Shown: positions 11,214 to 22,631 of the stretch, piece by piece
Numbering within the stretch: position 1 is the first letter of the stretch
Layout: each line of letters starts with the position of its first letter
Source of the DNA: an uncultured Candidatus Rokubacteria bacterium
Lineage (GTDB): Bacteria > Methylomirabilota > Methylomirabilia > Rokubacteriales > DASRDR01
Assembly (NCBI GenBank): GCA_963708025.1
Contig: CAVPSB010000031.1
Span: 1-64,000 of the forward strand
Direction: 5' to 3'
Length of the DNA stretch: 64,000 bases
The notes under the pieces: generated by a model
Database searches by the model: none
What the model saw: only the letters and a program-made list of their open reading frames with translations
Told to the model about the DNA's origin: nothing
Position numbers and translations under genes: made by a program

Positions 11214-11358
11214 CGTCGGCCTCCTGTGTCGCCTGGTGCACGGCGATGATGGCGGCGGCCATCAGGCGCAGCAGTGCGGCCTGCACCTTCGACGGCAAGG
11301 GCATCGCTGGCGTTGACGCCGCGTGATCCACGCCGAGGTCGAAGTCGATCTGCTTCAC
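11188..11358 (-). CDS. 56-aa accessory ORF of LSR element 1
   Basis: GGAGG + GTG; KQIDFDL...VQAALLRLMAAAI; a similar ORF sits at the same position in element 2. Confidence 0.6.
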   Translation of the reverse strand: MKQIDFDLGVDHAASTPAMPLPSKVQAALLRLMAAAIIAVHQATQEADDDDRGRES

Positions 11359-11693
11359 GTCCACCTCCCGATGTCGGGTGCGCACCCGTTTGGGGGAGGC
11401 TAGCGTCATTCGATGACGAGGACGAGCTGCTCCGGACCCAAGAGTCCTTCACCAGGATGGCGACGGAGCAAAGTGCCCGAGCGCTGATGACCGCCTGCGG
11501 AGCGAGCTGGATGAGTGCGGCTTCGGGTGCCAGCATCCAGGTGGGGATCACCAGCGCCACACCGGTTGGATCGCGAACGGTCACGGCCTCGTCCCGCTGG
11601 CGAGACCGAACACCTGTCAGTTCCTGGCCATGCAACGGATGGAAAGGGTAGTGGACGACTGCGGAACTTATGGTTTCATGACGCCCTCTTGCT
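11210..11693 (-). CDS. Y4bD/DUF5372-like accessory protein body; its start codon is at 9079 across attP
   Basis: VHYPFHPLHGQ...IPTWML motif; frame open to the element end without an ATG. Confidence 0.7.
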
Positions 11694-12347
11694 CAACGTC
11701 CACTTCCACACGCTGGTCCTGGACGGCGTCTTCGCCGAGCTCACGCCGGGCCGGCTCCAGTTCCACGCGGCGCCACCGCCCAGCGATGCGGCTGTGGCCG
11801 AGCTGCTCGCCACGATCCGCGCACCGGGTGGGGCGCTGCTGGCGCGCCGGGGTCTAGAGCCCGCCGCGGCCGAGCCGGGCCCTCCGGACGGGCTCGCCGA
11901 GGTCTCGCCCGTCCTGGCCCGGATCCTCAGCGCCTCGGTTCAGGGACGCGTGGCTCTCGGCCGGCACGCGGGCGCCCGGGTCGGCCGCCTGGGCGAGGCG
12001 CCGACCGAGGCCGCCGGGCGCGCACGCGGGCCGCGCCAGGCCCACCTGGACGGCTTCGATCTGCACGCCAACGTGTGGGTGCCCCCCAACGATCGGGCCC
12101 GGCTGGAGCATCTGTGCCGCTATCTGCTTCGCCCCCGCTGGTGCAGGACCGTCTGCGGCTCCGGGCGGACGGGCGAGTGGCGGTCAAGCTGAAGAGGGCC
12201 TGGCGCGATGGGACGACGCATCTGATCTTCGAGCCGCTCGAGTTCCTCGAGAAGCTGGCGGCGCTGACGCCGCGGCCCGAGGTCAACCTGGTGCTCTACC
12301 ACGGCGTCCTCGCCCCGCGCGGGGCGGTGACATTGTGCAGCCTTTCG

Positions 12348-14435
12348 TCAAATGCCCGGAATCTCGAGCGTCTGGGAATCGGCGACGCGACTTCGTGGGC
12401 GACGCGTCCGCCCCTCCACCGCCTTCGCGGCGGTGCGAATGGCCTCGGTGTCGAGCACCGCAGGATCGAGCTGCCATGGGGCACACGGCACCACCTGGGT
12501 GGCCTCGAGGATGCCGCGCGTGATGAGCCGTCGCAGCACCCACGGACCGACGCCGAGCCGATCGGCCGCTTGGTTCAGCGTGAGCATGGGCGTCGCCCGG
12601 GCCTCGTCATAGTCCACGAGGCGGAGCCGTTTGCGGAGCGACAGGACGCGCGAGGCCGTCCAGGTGTTGCCGGCGCCCGTGCGCAGGCGCAGTCGGTTGA
12701 GGCTGGCGGCGATCTCGTGATCGGGCCACCCGCCCGCCATGCGCCGCACGACGCCTTCGGCATCCGGGCCGGTCCGGTGGCGATGCTCGCCCGGCTTCGG
12801 TCGGGGAATCCGCACCTCGGAGTGTCGGCCGCCCGCCCAGTGGATCACCAGCACGATCTCGCGCGCGGGCTCATCGGCATTGGCGATGATCTCGTGGATC
12901 AGCAGGCGCGCGATGCGTTGCTTGACGCGCATCTCGCTGCTCGGCGCATCCCAGACTCTGCGGAGATCGGTGGCCAGCGATTCGAGGGTGGCTCGATCGA
13001 CGCGTCACGGATCGCCGCCGCGAGCCGTTCCTTGCGCCTGCAGTCGCCCTTCGAGCTCGGCGACCCGTTCGAGCGCGCCGTTCCAGCGCGCTTCGAGCTC
13101 CGCGGCCACCAGACGGTTGTCAGGGTCGACGGCTTCGTAGCGTCTCGCGGCGAGCGCCGCCTGGTAGTGGGCTTGCTCCAGTTCCAGCGCCAGCGCGCGG
13201 TGCTGGTCGTGCGTCGTGCTGCTCGGCGAGGTCGCCCGCCTCGATCGCGGCCTGCAACGCCTGGCCTTGGACCACCGTCAGGATCGCGGCGCTCACCGTC
13301 TCGTCGGGTCGACGGGCGCTAAAGCCGATGCAGCGCGGGGCGGCCTGCGCGCGATTGGCTTGCCGGCATTGGTAGCGCGCGTAGCCCCCGCGCTCATACA
13401 CGACGTGCAGCATGCGTCCGCACCGCCGCGCAGCGCAGCAGTCCGGCCAGCAAGCACCGGCCGCCGCGGCCGGCCTTGCGGGCCGTGGTGCCCTGTCATG
13501 TGCGCGTTCTCCTCGAGCCGCCGCTGGTTGCGCTCGAACTGCTCCCACGAGATATAGCCGGGGTGGTGATCGCGAATCAAGGCCGTCCACTGGGGCATCG
13601 GCTTGTCGTGCCCGTGCGTCCGAGTCGCGCGGCCCTCCACGACGCGGGTCCGCGTCTCCCGCCGGCCGAACGCGTAGGCGCCCGCATAGAACGGACTCCG
13701 CACGATGGACAGCACCATCCGGTAGGTCGCGGGTCGCCAGGTGATCGCCCGCGGTCGTTCGTGCTCGAGCGTGGGGAGCGACAGGTGCTCGTCCCGCAGC
13801 CACATCAGCACCTGGCGGACGCTGCCGAACTCCACGAGCTTGTCGAGCACCATCCGGATCGCCTGCTGCACGCGCCGGTCCGGATGCCGCTCGATGTGGC
13901 CATCCGGGGTCCACCCCAACCCGGCCGGCAGCGTGAACTGGAGCGCGCCGCGCTTGGCTTTCGCGCGAATGGCCTCCTGGGAGCGCTGCCGAAACAGGCT
14001 GAGCTCGTACTCGCTGATGCTGCCCTTCACGCCCAGGATCAGCCGGTCGTCGGGCAGCGACAGATCATAGACCTGATCGAGATCGGCCACCAGGGTGGCG
14101 AGGAGCCCGCAGAGCTCGAACAGCTGGGCCCAGTCCTTCGAGTTGCGCGAGAGGCGCGAGGCTTCGAAGCACAGGATCAGGCCGACGTGCCCCAGGGAGA
14201 CCTCCGTCGACCAGGTGCTGGAAGCCGGCCCGGTGCGCGAAGCCGGCGGCCGAGATGCCGAGGTCGTCCACGATGGTGACGGGCTTCGGCCAGCCGAAGG
14301 CGACCGCCTTGTCGCGCAGGCCGACCTGGATGCGCGTGCTCTCGGCATGGCTGCGCACTTGCTCGGGGCTGGACTGGCGGACGTAGACGATCGCGGTGCG
14401 CTTCAAGTGCTGGGGGTGATCCTATCGGCCCGCAT
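12348..14435 (-). CDS. Large serine recombinase with several frameshifts
   Basis: AIVYVRQSS, EASRLSRN, SPFYAGAY, CGRMLHV, LEARWN, C-terminal HTH LTLNQAADRLGV. Confidence 0.9.
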
Positions 14436-14436
14436 C

Positions 14437-14617
14437 ACGCCCTCCCGTCGGGGTCGTGCGCGCGAGGCGTCGACCGCGGCGCGCAGGAGCAGCTCGGCCA
14501 CGGCGCGGAGCAGCTCCTGGTGCTGGGCCGCGGTCAGCTCGATCCGGAGCACGACGTCGGCGGCGGGGGGGAACAGCGGGATCTGGGTGGGGATCGACCG
14601 AACTCGTTCGTCGCATC
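14437..14617 (-). CDS. Small accessory ORF of LSR element 2 (frameshifted; ends approximate)
   Basis: QIPLFPP...QHQELLRAVAELLLRA, same position as 11188-11358 in element 1. Confidence 0.5.
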
Positions 14618-14929
14618 GCAGCCCTCCTTCGAGGGCATTGACGCACGAGGGGGGTCGGGCGCGCGAGGCGCGACAGCGTCCAGCAGCTCCCGGAGCTCCT
14701 GCAGCGCCGCGATCGACACGACCGGCGCGCCGACGGTCAGGGCCGCGCACGCCGCGGCATCGGTCATCCAGGCGGGCAGGGCGCCCGTCGCCCCGTCAGG
14801 CAGCTCGCAAAACAGTACTTCGCTGGTCACTCTTGTCCAAATTAGCCCGGAAGGCGGATGAGCCCCCTGGGGTATGGTGAGGTCGAGACCGACCAAGGTT
14901 CGACACCACCACGGACAGGAGGCTCACCC

Positions 14930-16093
14930 GTGAGTGGATTCTGCAGCATGTTCAGCCAGCTGCTCAAGCTGTTTCCGCGGACGGAGTTCCAGGCGCTGGT
15001 GACGCGGACGCACGCCGAGCGCCACGCCCGGGGCTTCACGTGCTGGGGGCAGTTCGTCGCCATGCTGTTCTGCCAGCTCGGCCGCGCCCACTCGCTGCGG
15101 GAGATCTGCGGGGGCCTGCGCAGCAGCGAGGGCAAGCTCAAGCACCTGGGCATCACGGCGCCGAACCGCTCGACGCTGGCCTATGCCAACGCCCATCGCC
15201 CGTGGCAGCTCTACCGGGCCGTGTTCGAGGCGCTCCTGGCGCGTTGTCAGCCCCTGGCGCAGGGCCGGCGGAAGTTCCGGTTCAAGAACAAGCTGGTGAG
15301 CCTGGACTCGACGGTGATCGACCTGTGCGCGACGCTCTTCGACTGGGCGAAGTTCCGACGGACGAAGGGGGCGGTCAAGCTCCATTGCCTGCTGGACCAC
15401 GACGGCTACCTGCCCAGCGTGGTGGTCATCACCGAGGGGAAGCGGCATGACGTGCGGGTGGCCCGCACCCTGCGCTTCGACCCCGGGACCATCGTGGTGA
15501 TGGACCGGGGGTACATCGACTACGCCTGGTTCGGGCAGCTGACGGCCCAGGAGGTGTGGTTCGTCACGCGGCTGAAGGACACCGCGGTGTACGAGGTGGT
15601 CGAGACCCGGCGGATCCCGCTCCAGGGCCGGGTGGAGCGGGACGAGGTCATGCGGCTGACCGGGGTGGGCGCCCCGGACAAGTGCCCGCACCCCTTGCGG
15701 CGGATCGAGGTCTACGACCCCGAGAAGGACATGACCCTGGTGTTCCTGACCAACCACCTGACCTTCGGGGCCACGACCATCGCCGCGATCTACAAGGACC
15801 GGTGGCAGATCGAGCTGTTCTTCAAGGCGCTGAAGCAGAACCTGAAGATCAAGACCTTCGTGGGGACCAGCGCCAATGCCCTCAAGGTCCAGGTCTGGAC
15901 GGCGCTGATCGCGATGCTGCTCCTGAAGTACCTCCAACTGCGCTCCCGCTTCGCGTGGTCGCTGTCGAATCTGGTCGCCCTGCTGCGGATGAACCTCTTC
16001 ACCCATCGCGACCTGTGGGCGTGGCTCGATCAGCCGTTCGAGGGCCCGCCCACCGTCCTCACGACCTCGCAGGGGGTCTTGGCCCTTGCCTAA
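14930..16093 (+). CDS. IS4-family DDE transposase (DUF4372-type N-terminus)
   Basis: LDSTVI, MDRGY, YKDRWQIELFFK (YREK motif); RBS AGGAGG. Confidence 0.95.
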   Translation: MSGFCSMFSQLLKLFPRTEFQALVTRTHAERHARGFTCWGQFVAMLFCQLGRAHSLREICGGLRSSEGKLKHLGITAPNRSTLAYANAHRPWQLYRAVFEALLARCQPLAQGRRKFRFKNKLVSLDSTVIDLCATLFDWAKFRRTKGAVKLHCLLDHDGYLPSVVVITEGKRHDVRVARTLRFDPGTIVVMDRGYIDYAWFGQLTAQEVWFVTRLKDTAVYEVVETRRIPLQGRVERDEVMRLTGVGAPDKCPHPLRRIEVYDPEKDMTLVFLTNHLTFGATTIAAIYKDRWQIELFFKALKQNLKIKTFVGTSANALKVQVWTALIAMLLLKYLQLRSRFAWSLSNLVALLRMNLFTHRDLWAWLDQPFEGPPTVLTTSQGVLALA

Positions 16094-16282
16094 TCGGGAC
16101 AGCACGACCCGGCAACCTGATCTCGGCCCCGGCTCCATCTTGTCCAATATCCCAGGAAATCGCGCGATGCACCGGCCGGATCCCGGCTAATTTGATGTCA
16201 TGAGAACGGCCGCGCGGCTCTGGGGGTACGCTCATGGCGAGCGCACCACCATCAAGCCAGACTTCAGAGGAGGGCCGACGTC

Positions 16283-17338
16283 ATGACATTCGTGGGATGC
16301 GACTTGCACACTCGGAATCAACACGTCGCGGTGCTCGACACGGAGACAGGCGAGGTGCAGGAACGTCGCCTCGCCCACGATGACCAGACGGTCGAGCAGT
16401 TCTATCGCTCCCTGCCACGCCCCGTCACGGTCGGGGTCGAGAGCACCGGGTACGCGCAGTGGTTTCATCGCTGATCCAGCGCCAGGGCCATACCTTGCTC
16501 GTCGGCGATGCCGCTCGGATTCGCGCCATGGTCGTGCGCAAGACCAAGACGGACCGGCGCGATGCCGCCCACTTGTTGCAGCTCCTGAGCGAGGATCGGT
16601 TTCCCGGTCATCTGGGTGCCCGATCCCCGCGTGCGCGATTTGCGCGCCCTCGTGACCCACCGCATGCGGCTCGTCCGGATGCGCACCATGGTGAAGAACG
16701 GGTTGCACGCCATCGCCCTGAACCAGCGGCTGGCCGCCGGGAGCGCCTTGTTCACGCGCCGCGGGCGGGCGCAGTTGCAGGCGCTCGCGCTGCCGCCGCA
16801 CACGACCCAGCGGCGCGATGAGAGCCTGGCGCTCCTGACCTGGCTCGACGAGCACATCGAGCCCCTGAACGCGCAGATCGCCGAGGCCGCGGACGCCGAC
16901 GACCAGGCGCGGCGGCTCATGACCCACCCCGGCGTGGGACCGCTGACGGCGCTGGCCACCGTGTTGGTCCTCGGCCCGGTGGCACGGTTTCCGACGAGCA
17001 AGCACGTGGTGAGCTACATCGGATTGGCGCCGGCCGTGGACGCCTCGGCCGAGAAATACCGACTGGGTCATGTCACGAAGCAAGGCAACGCCCTGCTCCG
17101 CTACGTGCTGGGCCAAGCCGGCCAGGTCGCGGCGCGCGCCGATGCCGACCTGCGACGCCTCTACTCGGCGGTGATGCATCGACACGGACGCGCCAAGGCC
17201 AAGGTGGCGGTGGCACGGAAGCTGCTCGTCCGTCTCTACATCATGTTGCGCGACCAGATTGACTACGACGAATTTCGGCGGCGTGGCCGACCCCCGGCAC
17301 CTCACGCGATCGCCGGCGAGGTCGCCGTGCGCACCTGA
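16283..17338 (+). CDS. IS110 DEDD recombinase (frameshifts near 16470 and 16605)
   Basis: FVGCDLH, GVES, KTDRRDA, PGVGP, SYIGLAP..SAEK, KVAVARKL. Confidence 0.9.
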
Positions 17339-17384
17339 CGTCCGGCGCGATGACGCCGGTGGGGCGTCGATCCCCAAGGCGTGA

Positions 17385-17540
17385 GGTCCAGTGCGGGCGT
17401 TCCCGAGCTGTCCATGGTCGTGGTCAGGACCGACAATTTGATTGGGACGCCCACCCTCGACGATCCCGGGATCGTCGACGATCGCACACGACATCATGCG
17501 CCGCGAGTGCGCGAATAGATGGATGGTGGACTCATGCCCT
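17385..17540 (+). ncRNA. Putative bridge/seek RNA of the IS1111-type element (ends approximate)
   Basis: Stem-flanked loops contain gctgtcca/aatttg (target) and gacatc/atagatg (donor). Confidence 0.75.
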
Positions 17541-18101
17541 TCAGGGACCGGACCCTCCCGCGGCGGCGCGCCTCCGCGGAGAAACCACACCGACGCGGCG
17601 TCACAGCCGGGGCGGCCGATCCCGGCTCTCGACGGAGGAGGGTCCACTCGAAGAATCATCTTGACAGACAGACCGTTCTCATAGACGGACAGCAGTGTTC
17701 GCTGGTACTCCGTGGGACCGTGCGCCTGACGCGTGCGATCTGGCCGTACAGCGGGTGCCAGCCGTAGTGAACGGTGACCTGCTTCGCTCTCTCGGTAGAA
17801 TGTAACGGCCTCCCATGCGCGCTGGCGCCCACAGGTCGTGGGCTATGGTCGGGTGGCGCCCGAGGCCGCCGCCCGTGACCCCGCCGAGGCCCGCCCGGTT
17901 CCGCCGCCCCCACGCCGCAACTGGACCTGGGCGGCCCTGATGCGGCGGGCGTTCGCGCTCGACGTGTTGGCGTGCCCGCGCTGCGGCGGGCGGCTGCGCG
18001 TGATCGCCACGGTCGAGGACCCGCTCGCGGTGCGCCAGATCCTCGCCGCCCGGCACTCGGCCGAGACGGTCGGTCCTGGCCCGCCGGCCGGTGCCCCCCT
18101 A

Positions 18102-19445
<1,344 letters not shown>

Positions 19446-19777
19446 TCACGGGCCCGAGCCGCGCCATCCTCGCGGGCCCGTAGGCTGCAGCCCCCAGGCT
19501 TCATCGCCGAGAACACTCATCGGTGCGAGGGCGCATAGACGGGACAAAGGCCGTGTGGACGGAACACTCCTTCTCAGCCATGGGCCCCCCGGGCGGGGGC
19601 CGGCCGGCTGGGACGACATCGCGGTGGGCGTGACGGCCCCGCTGGTGGCACTCGCCCTGGGCGGCCTGCGTCGAACAGGCTCCGGTGGGTCCGCGGCTCG
19701 CGCCCGCGGCAGCGCGGTGAGCGATGACGAGCGCCGTCAACGTGCTTCGCAGGCTCGCAGGCGCGCAGCTCGACGAA

Positions 19778-20062
19778 TCAGTTCGGGTGTTCGCGAAGCA
19801 TCTCCTCGATCTCTCTCAGGGTGAATTTGTTGAGCGCGACGATGTTCGCCTGTGAGCGATAGATCGGGGGCACGATCGCCCTGGCTTCCTCCTTCGATTC
19901 CACATCGACGACGATCCAGGCACGATGGTCTCCGTCACGGCAACCCCAATCGGCGTTCGAGACGAAATGAGAGCCCAAACTCAGGAAGGCCTTCACCGCT
20001 CGTGCACACGCCAACCGTTCACTCTCGTGGGGCACTTCGATGAGGAATTTCGGCATGACCAT
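19778..20062 (-). CDS. Small hypothetical protein (alpha/beta-barrel-like)
   Basis: RBS AAGGAGG; PKFLIEVPH...WGCRDGDHRAWIVVD. Confidence 0.65.
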   Translation of the reverse strand: MVMPKFLIEVPHESERLACARAVKAFLSLGSHFVSNADWGCRDGDHRAWIVVDVESKEEARAIVPPIYRSQANIVALNKFTLREIEEMLREHPN

Positions 20063-20250
20063 GGCCCTCCTTGATGGGGACGGTGCTCCCAATCCGCTTC
20101 TTCATTCTGCCGTCGTTTGTCCGGCTCGACAAGATCGACCCGGACCAGCGGAGGCCCACGCCTACGTGCACCGCGATGTCGGGGACCTGCGCGCTGCCGT
20201 CCGCAACGGGGACGTTCGCGCAGGAGAGCGTGACCTTCGTCTCCCCCCTC

Positions 20251-20320
20251 CCCCCCCTGGGGGCCCCCCACTGGGCGGGGGAGCGCGGGCGGGACGGCCG
20301 AGAATGGGGCATTATGTTGA
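20251..20320 (+). repeat. Isolated IS91-like 3' terminus (putative oriIS); continues as ctagcccc after the IS110
   Basis: ccccccctgggggccccccactgggcggggg...agaatggggcattatgttga. Confidence 0.7.
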
Positions 20321-20429
20321 CTTCTATGAAGCGGCCCCCCGTGTCAAGCGATAGCGGCGTGGGTGGTGTCCCTCTCTTTCGCCGTCCGAGGTCAGCGGTC
20401 CACGGCGATGGGCCCACGGTTCCCGCGAG

Positions 20430-20570
20430 GTTCAGTCATCCTTCTATTCGCGCTCGTCAGGGGCGAGCGGGGCTCGCCGGCGCATGAGGGGAGTCGAAGG
20501 GTGGGGTGCCATCTACGCAACGGCTCTCGGACCGCGGCCAAGTCAACACACGCACTCACCCACCCGTCGA
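20430..20570 (-). ncRNA. Putative bridge/seek RNA of copy A (ends approximate)
   Basis: Guide-like tgttgact (target) and atagaag/tcccct (donor); scaffold catgcgcc...gcgcgaataga shared with 17495-17519. Confidence 0.7.
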
Positions 20571-20751
20571 ACCCGCGCGAGACCAAGGTGCCGCTCATCG
20601 TCCCACGGACGGTGCCTGACTGCTCAGGGTTCGGAGCCTGACTCGGGTGAACCGCGATCGCCCCAGTGGGCCCAGGACGCGTCCGTTGCCCCGGACCGCT
20701 ATCTGGGTATTCCCGAAAACAGCCATTTCCCCGTTCTCCCCGCGCCGGCCC

Positions 20752-21795
20752 TCAGACTGGGACGGCCGCCTTGGCCGCGCGGCGCGACACGGCGCGCGCG
20801 TCATACCTCGTGCCGTCGCGCAGCATCGCGTAGAGGATGCCGGCCAGGCGGCGGGCCAGCGCGACGACCGCGATCTTCTTCCCGCGGCGCGCGGCGATGC
20901 GCGTTGCCCAGCCCCGCAGCGCCTCCGTCTGCAGATGACGACAGCGGAGGATCGACACGGCCGCCTGGACGAGCAACCAGCGCATCCGCGTATTGCCGGC
21001 CTTGGTGATCCGGCCGCGCCGTTGGCTCTTCCCCGAGCTCAACTCCCGGGGGACGAGGCCGAGATACGCCTCCACCTCATGCGCCCGGTGAAAGCGCTGC
21101 GCGTCATCGATCGTGGCCACGAAGGCCGCCGCCGTGACCGGCCCCACGCTGGGGACGGTCCGCAGGCGCTGCACGCGCACATCCGGGCGCGTGACGTGCT
21201 CGATCACCTCGTCCGAGTAGGCGAGTTGCTGATTGACGGGCCGCATCACCGCCAGCAAGGGCGCCACCTCCGAGAGCAGGCGGCCCGGCAGCGGCAGCGC
21301 CACGACGCGCCGGATGAACGTGTCCGCGCTCCCCGTGGGCACACGCCCCCCGTGGCGGCGCAGGAGAGCCCGGATCAGGGCGATGTAGCCGGTGCGCGTC
21401 CGGACCAAGGCATCGCGCACCGCCAAGCGCCCCCGCACATGCCGCTGCGCGTCCGAGAGGCGATGCGCCGGGCGATAGGCCCCCAGCAGGCAGGCCTCGG
21501 CCAGCGCCCGGGCATCCCGCCGATCGGTCTTGACCTTCCGAGTCCGCGAGGCGTACATCGGCGCGAAGTTGGGGTCCGCCACCACGACCTCGTGGCCCAA
21601 GGCCTCGAGGCACCGGGCCACCCATTCACTCTCCGTCGAGGCTTCGACGAGGATCCGGGCTGGTGGCCGGCCGCCCAGCACCTCGGCAAACCGCCCGGGC
21701 TCGGTGCGGATCCGGCATTCGCTCAATTGGCCGCCCTCGCGAAGGATGCAGATCTGGCTTTCCTTCTTGTGCAGGTCGATGCCAACATAGTCCAT
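20752..21795 (-). CDS. IS110 DEDD recombinase, intact
   Basis: YVGIDLH, VEAS, KTDRRDA, YLGLVPRELSSG, VALARRL. Confidence 0.95.
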   Translation of the reverse strand: MDYVGIDLHKKESQICILREGGQLSECRIRTEPGRFAEVLGGRPPARILVEASTESEWVARCLEALGHEVVVADPNFAPMYASRTRKVKTDRRDARALAEACLLGAYRPAHRLSDAQRHVRGRLAVRDALVRTRTGYIALIRALLRRHGGRVPTGSADTFIRRVVALPLPGRLLSEVAPLLAVMRPVNQQLAYSDEVIEHVTRPDVRVQRLRTVPSVGPVTAAAFVATIDDAQRFHRAHEVEAYLGLVPRELSSGKSQRRGRITKAGNTRMRWLLVQAAVSILRCRHLQTEALRGWATRIAARRGKKIAVVALARRLAGILYAMLRDGTRYDARAVSRRAAKAAVPV

Positions 21796-21889
21796 GGCTG
21801 GCCCCCCTCGTGCGCCCGTGAGCGCGTGTTCTCTCAGTGGGGCACTGTGTGCCACCACGTCGAGCTGGGGGTCAGCCGCTTCATCCCAT

Positions 21890-22213
21890 CTAGCCCCGCA
21901 GCCGGCCGTCCGTCCGCCTGGCCGCCCAGACCAGGGCCGCCAGCTCCTGGCGGGTCAGCAGCACGGGCGGCACGCCGGCGCGCGCTTCCGGCGCCAGCCG
22001 GGGCCGGCTCAGCCGGCCCGACTCGCCGCCCTCGATCGGGTAGCCCGCGTCCTCCAGCGCGTGGAGGTCGCGGTAGATCGTCTCGCGGCGGGTCCCGAAG
22101 CGGGCGGCCAGCTCGTAGACGGTGGGGCGCGCACCCTCGGCGAGCAGCTTCAGGATCCCCAGGACCCTGACCACCTGACGGTCCCGCCGAGACGGAGAGG
22201 CGGCCCTCCCCAT
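21890..22213 (-). pseudogene. N-terminal wHTH of a WYL/PafB-type regulator, truncated at the mobile-element junction
   Basis: ELAARFGTRRETIYRDLHALEDAGYPI...LTRQELAAL. Confidence 0.7.
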
Positions 22214-22337
22214 GGCCCGGCATCATAGACCCGACCCTTACGGGCCCGCAAGCTCCGCCCCCGAGGAAGTTGCGCCGGGGGGCATGCGCCGCTATCATCG
22301 TGACCGAATGGGTCCCGATCAGGAATGGAGGTTCACC

Positions 22338-22631
22338 GTGACAACCCCCGCAAGAACGAAGAGGATTCCAGCCCTCGAAGCACGGAGCCAGCTCGGCCGG
22401 ATCATGAAGAAGGTTCAGAGCGGCCAGGTCCGTGTGCTCATCGAGAAGGCCGGGGTTCCCATGGTGGGCATGATCAGCGCCGACGAGTTTCAGCGCCTAG
22501 TCGCCGAGCGAGAGGCCCGGTTCGAAGTCGTCGATCGCGTTAGGCGCCGGCTGCCGAGGGTCTCCGACGCCGAAATTCAGCGGGACGTGCGCGAGGGTCT
22601 GAAGGAGGTCCGCCGCCGCCGACGTGCTTAG
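22338..22631 (+). CDS. Phd/YefM-family antitoxin
   Basis: EARSQLGRIMKKV...VLIEKAGVPMVGMIS; GGAGG+GTG; overlaps the PIN gene. Confidence 0.85.
   Translation: MTTPARTKRIPALEARSQLGRIMKKVQSGQVRVLIEKAGVPMVGMISADEFQRLVAEREARFEVVDRVRRRLPRVSDAEIQRDVREGLKEVRRRRRA

Larger units (their letters stand above)
9066..11693 (-). mobile_element. LSR integrative element 1 (2628 bp), core dinucleotide CT
   Basis: CT at 9064-65 and 11692-93; removal restores the tnp frame; reconstructed attP catgacgccctcttg-CT-gaagagacactcatg has dyad symmetry. Confidence 0.9.
16195..17687 (+). mobile_element. IS110 family, IS1111-type element inserted in the IS4 right IR
   Basis: Subterminal IRs atgagaacgg (16200-09) and ccgttctcat (17673-82); long 3' non-coding region; TTGACA at 17661. 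Confidence 0.9.
14828..17697 (+). mobile_element. IS4-family element (1377 bp without the nested IS1111)
   Basis: 9-bp TSD ttcgctggt at 14819-27 and 17698-706; IRL cactcttgtccaaattagcc; IRR ggctaatttg|gacagcagtg. Confidence 0.9.
12319..17814 (-). mobile_element. LSR integrative element 2 (2617 bp once the nested ISs are removed)
   Basis: Removal restores gcc ccg cat gcg (APHA) in tnp; attP aatgtaacggcctcc-CG-cggggcggtgacatt is symmetric. Confidence 0.85.
14534..17814 (-). pseudogene. Y4bD/DUF5372-like accessory gene of element 2, split by IS4 (pieces 17814-17707 and 14827-14534); start codon at 12333
   Basis: VTVHYGWHPLYGQ...RSTSE|VLFCELPDG...LPAWMT. Confidence 0.75.
20321..21891 (-). mobile_element. 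IS110/IS1111-type element, copy A
   Basis: IRs atgaagcggc (20326-35) and gccgcttcat (21875-84); CT core at 20321-22 and 21890-91. Confidence 0.9.

Noticed and set aside
9108-14435. Frameshifts in both LSRs, IS110s, hicA, PIN and aquaporin as programmed frameshifting
   Set aside because: They are spread across unrelated genes and often near homopolymers; sequencing indels or decay are more likely
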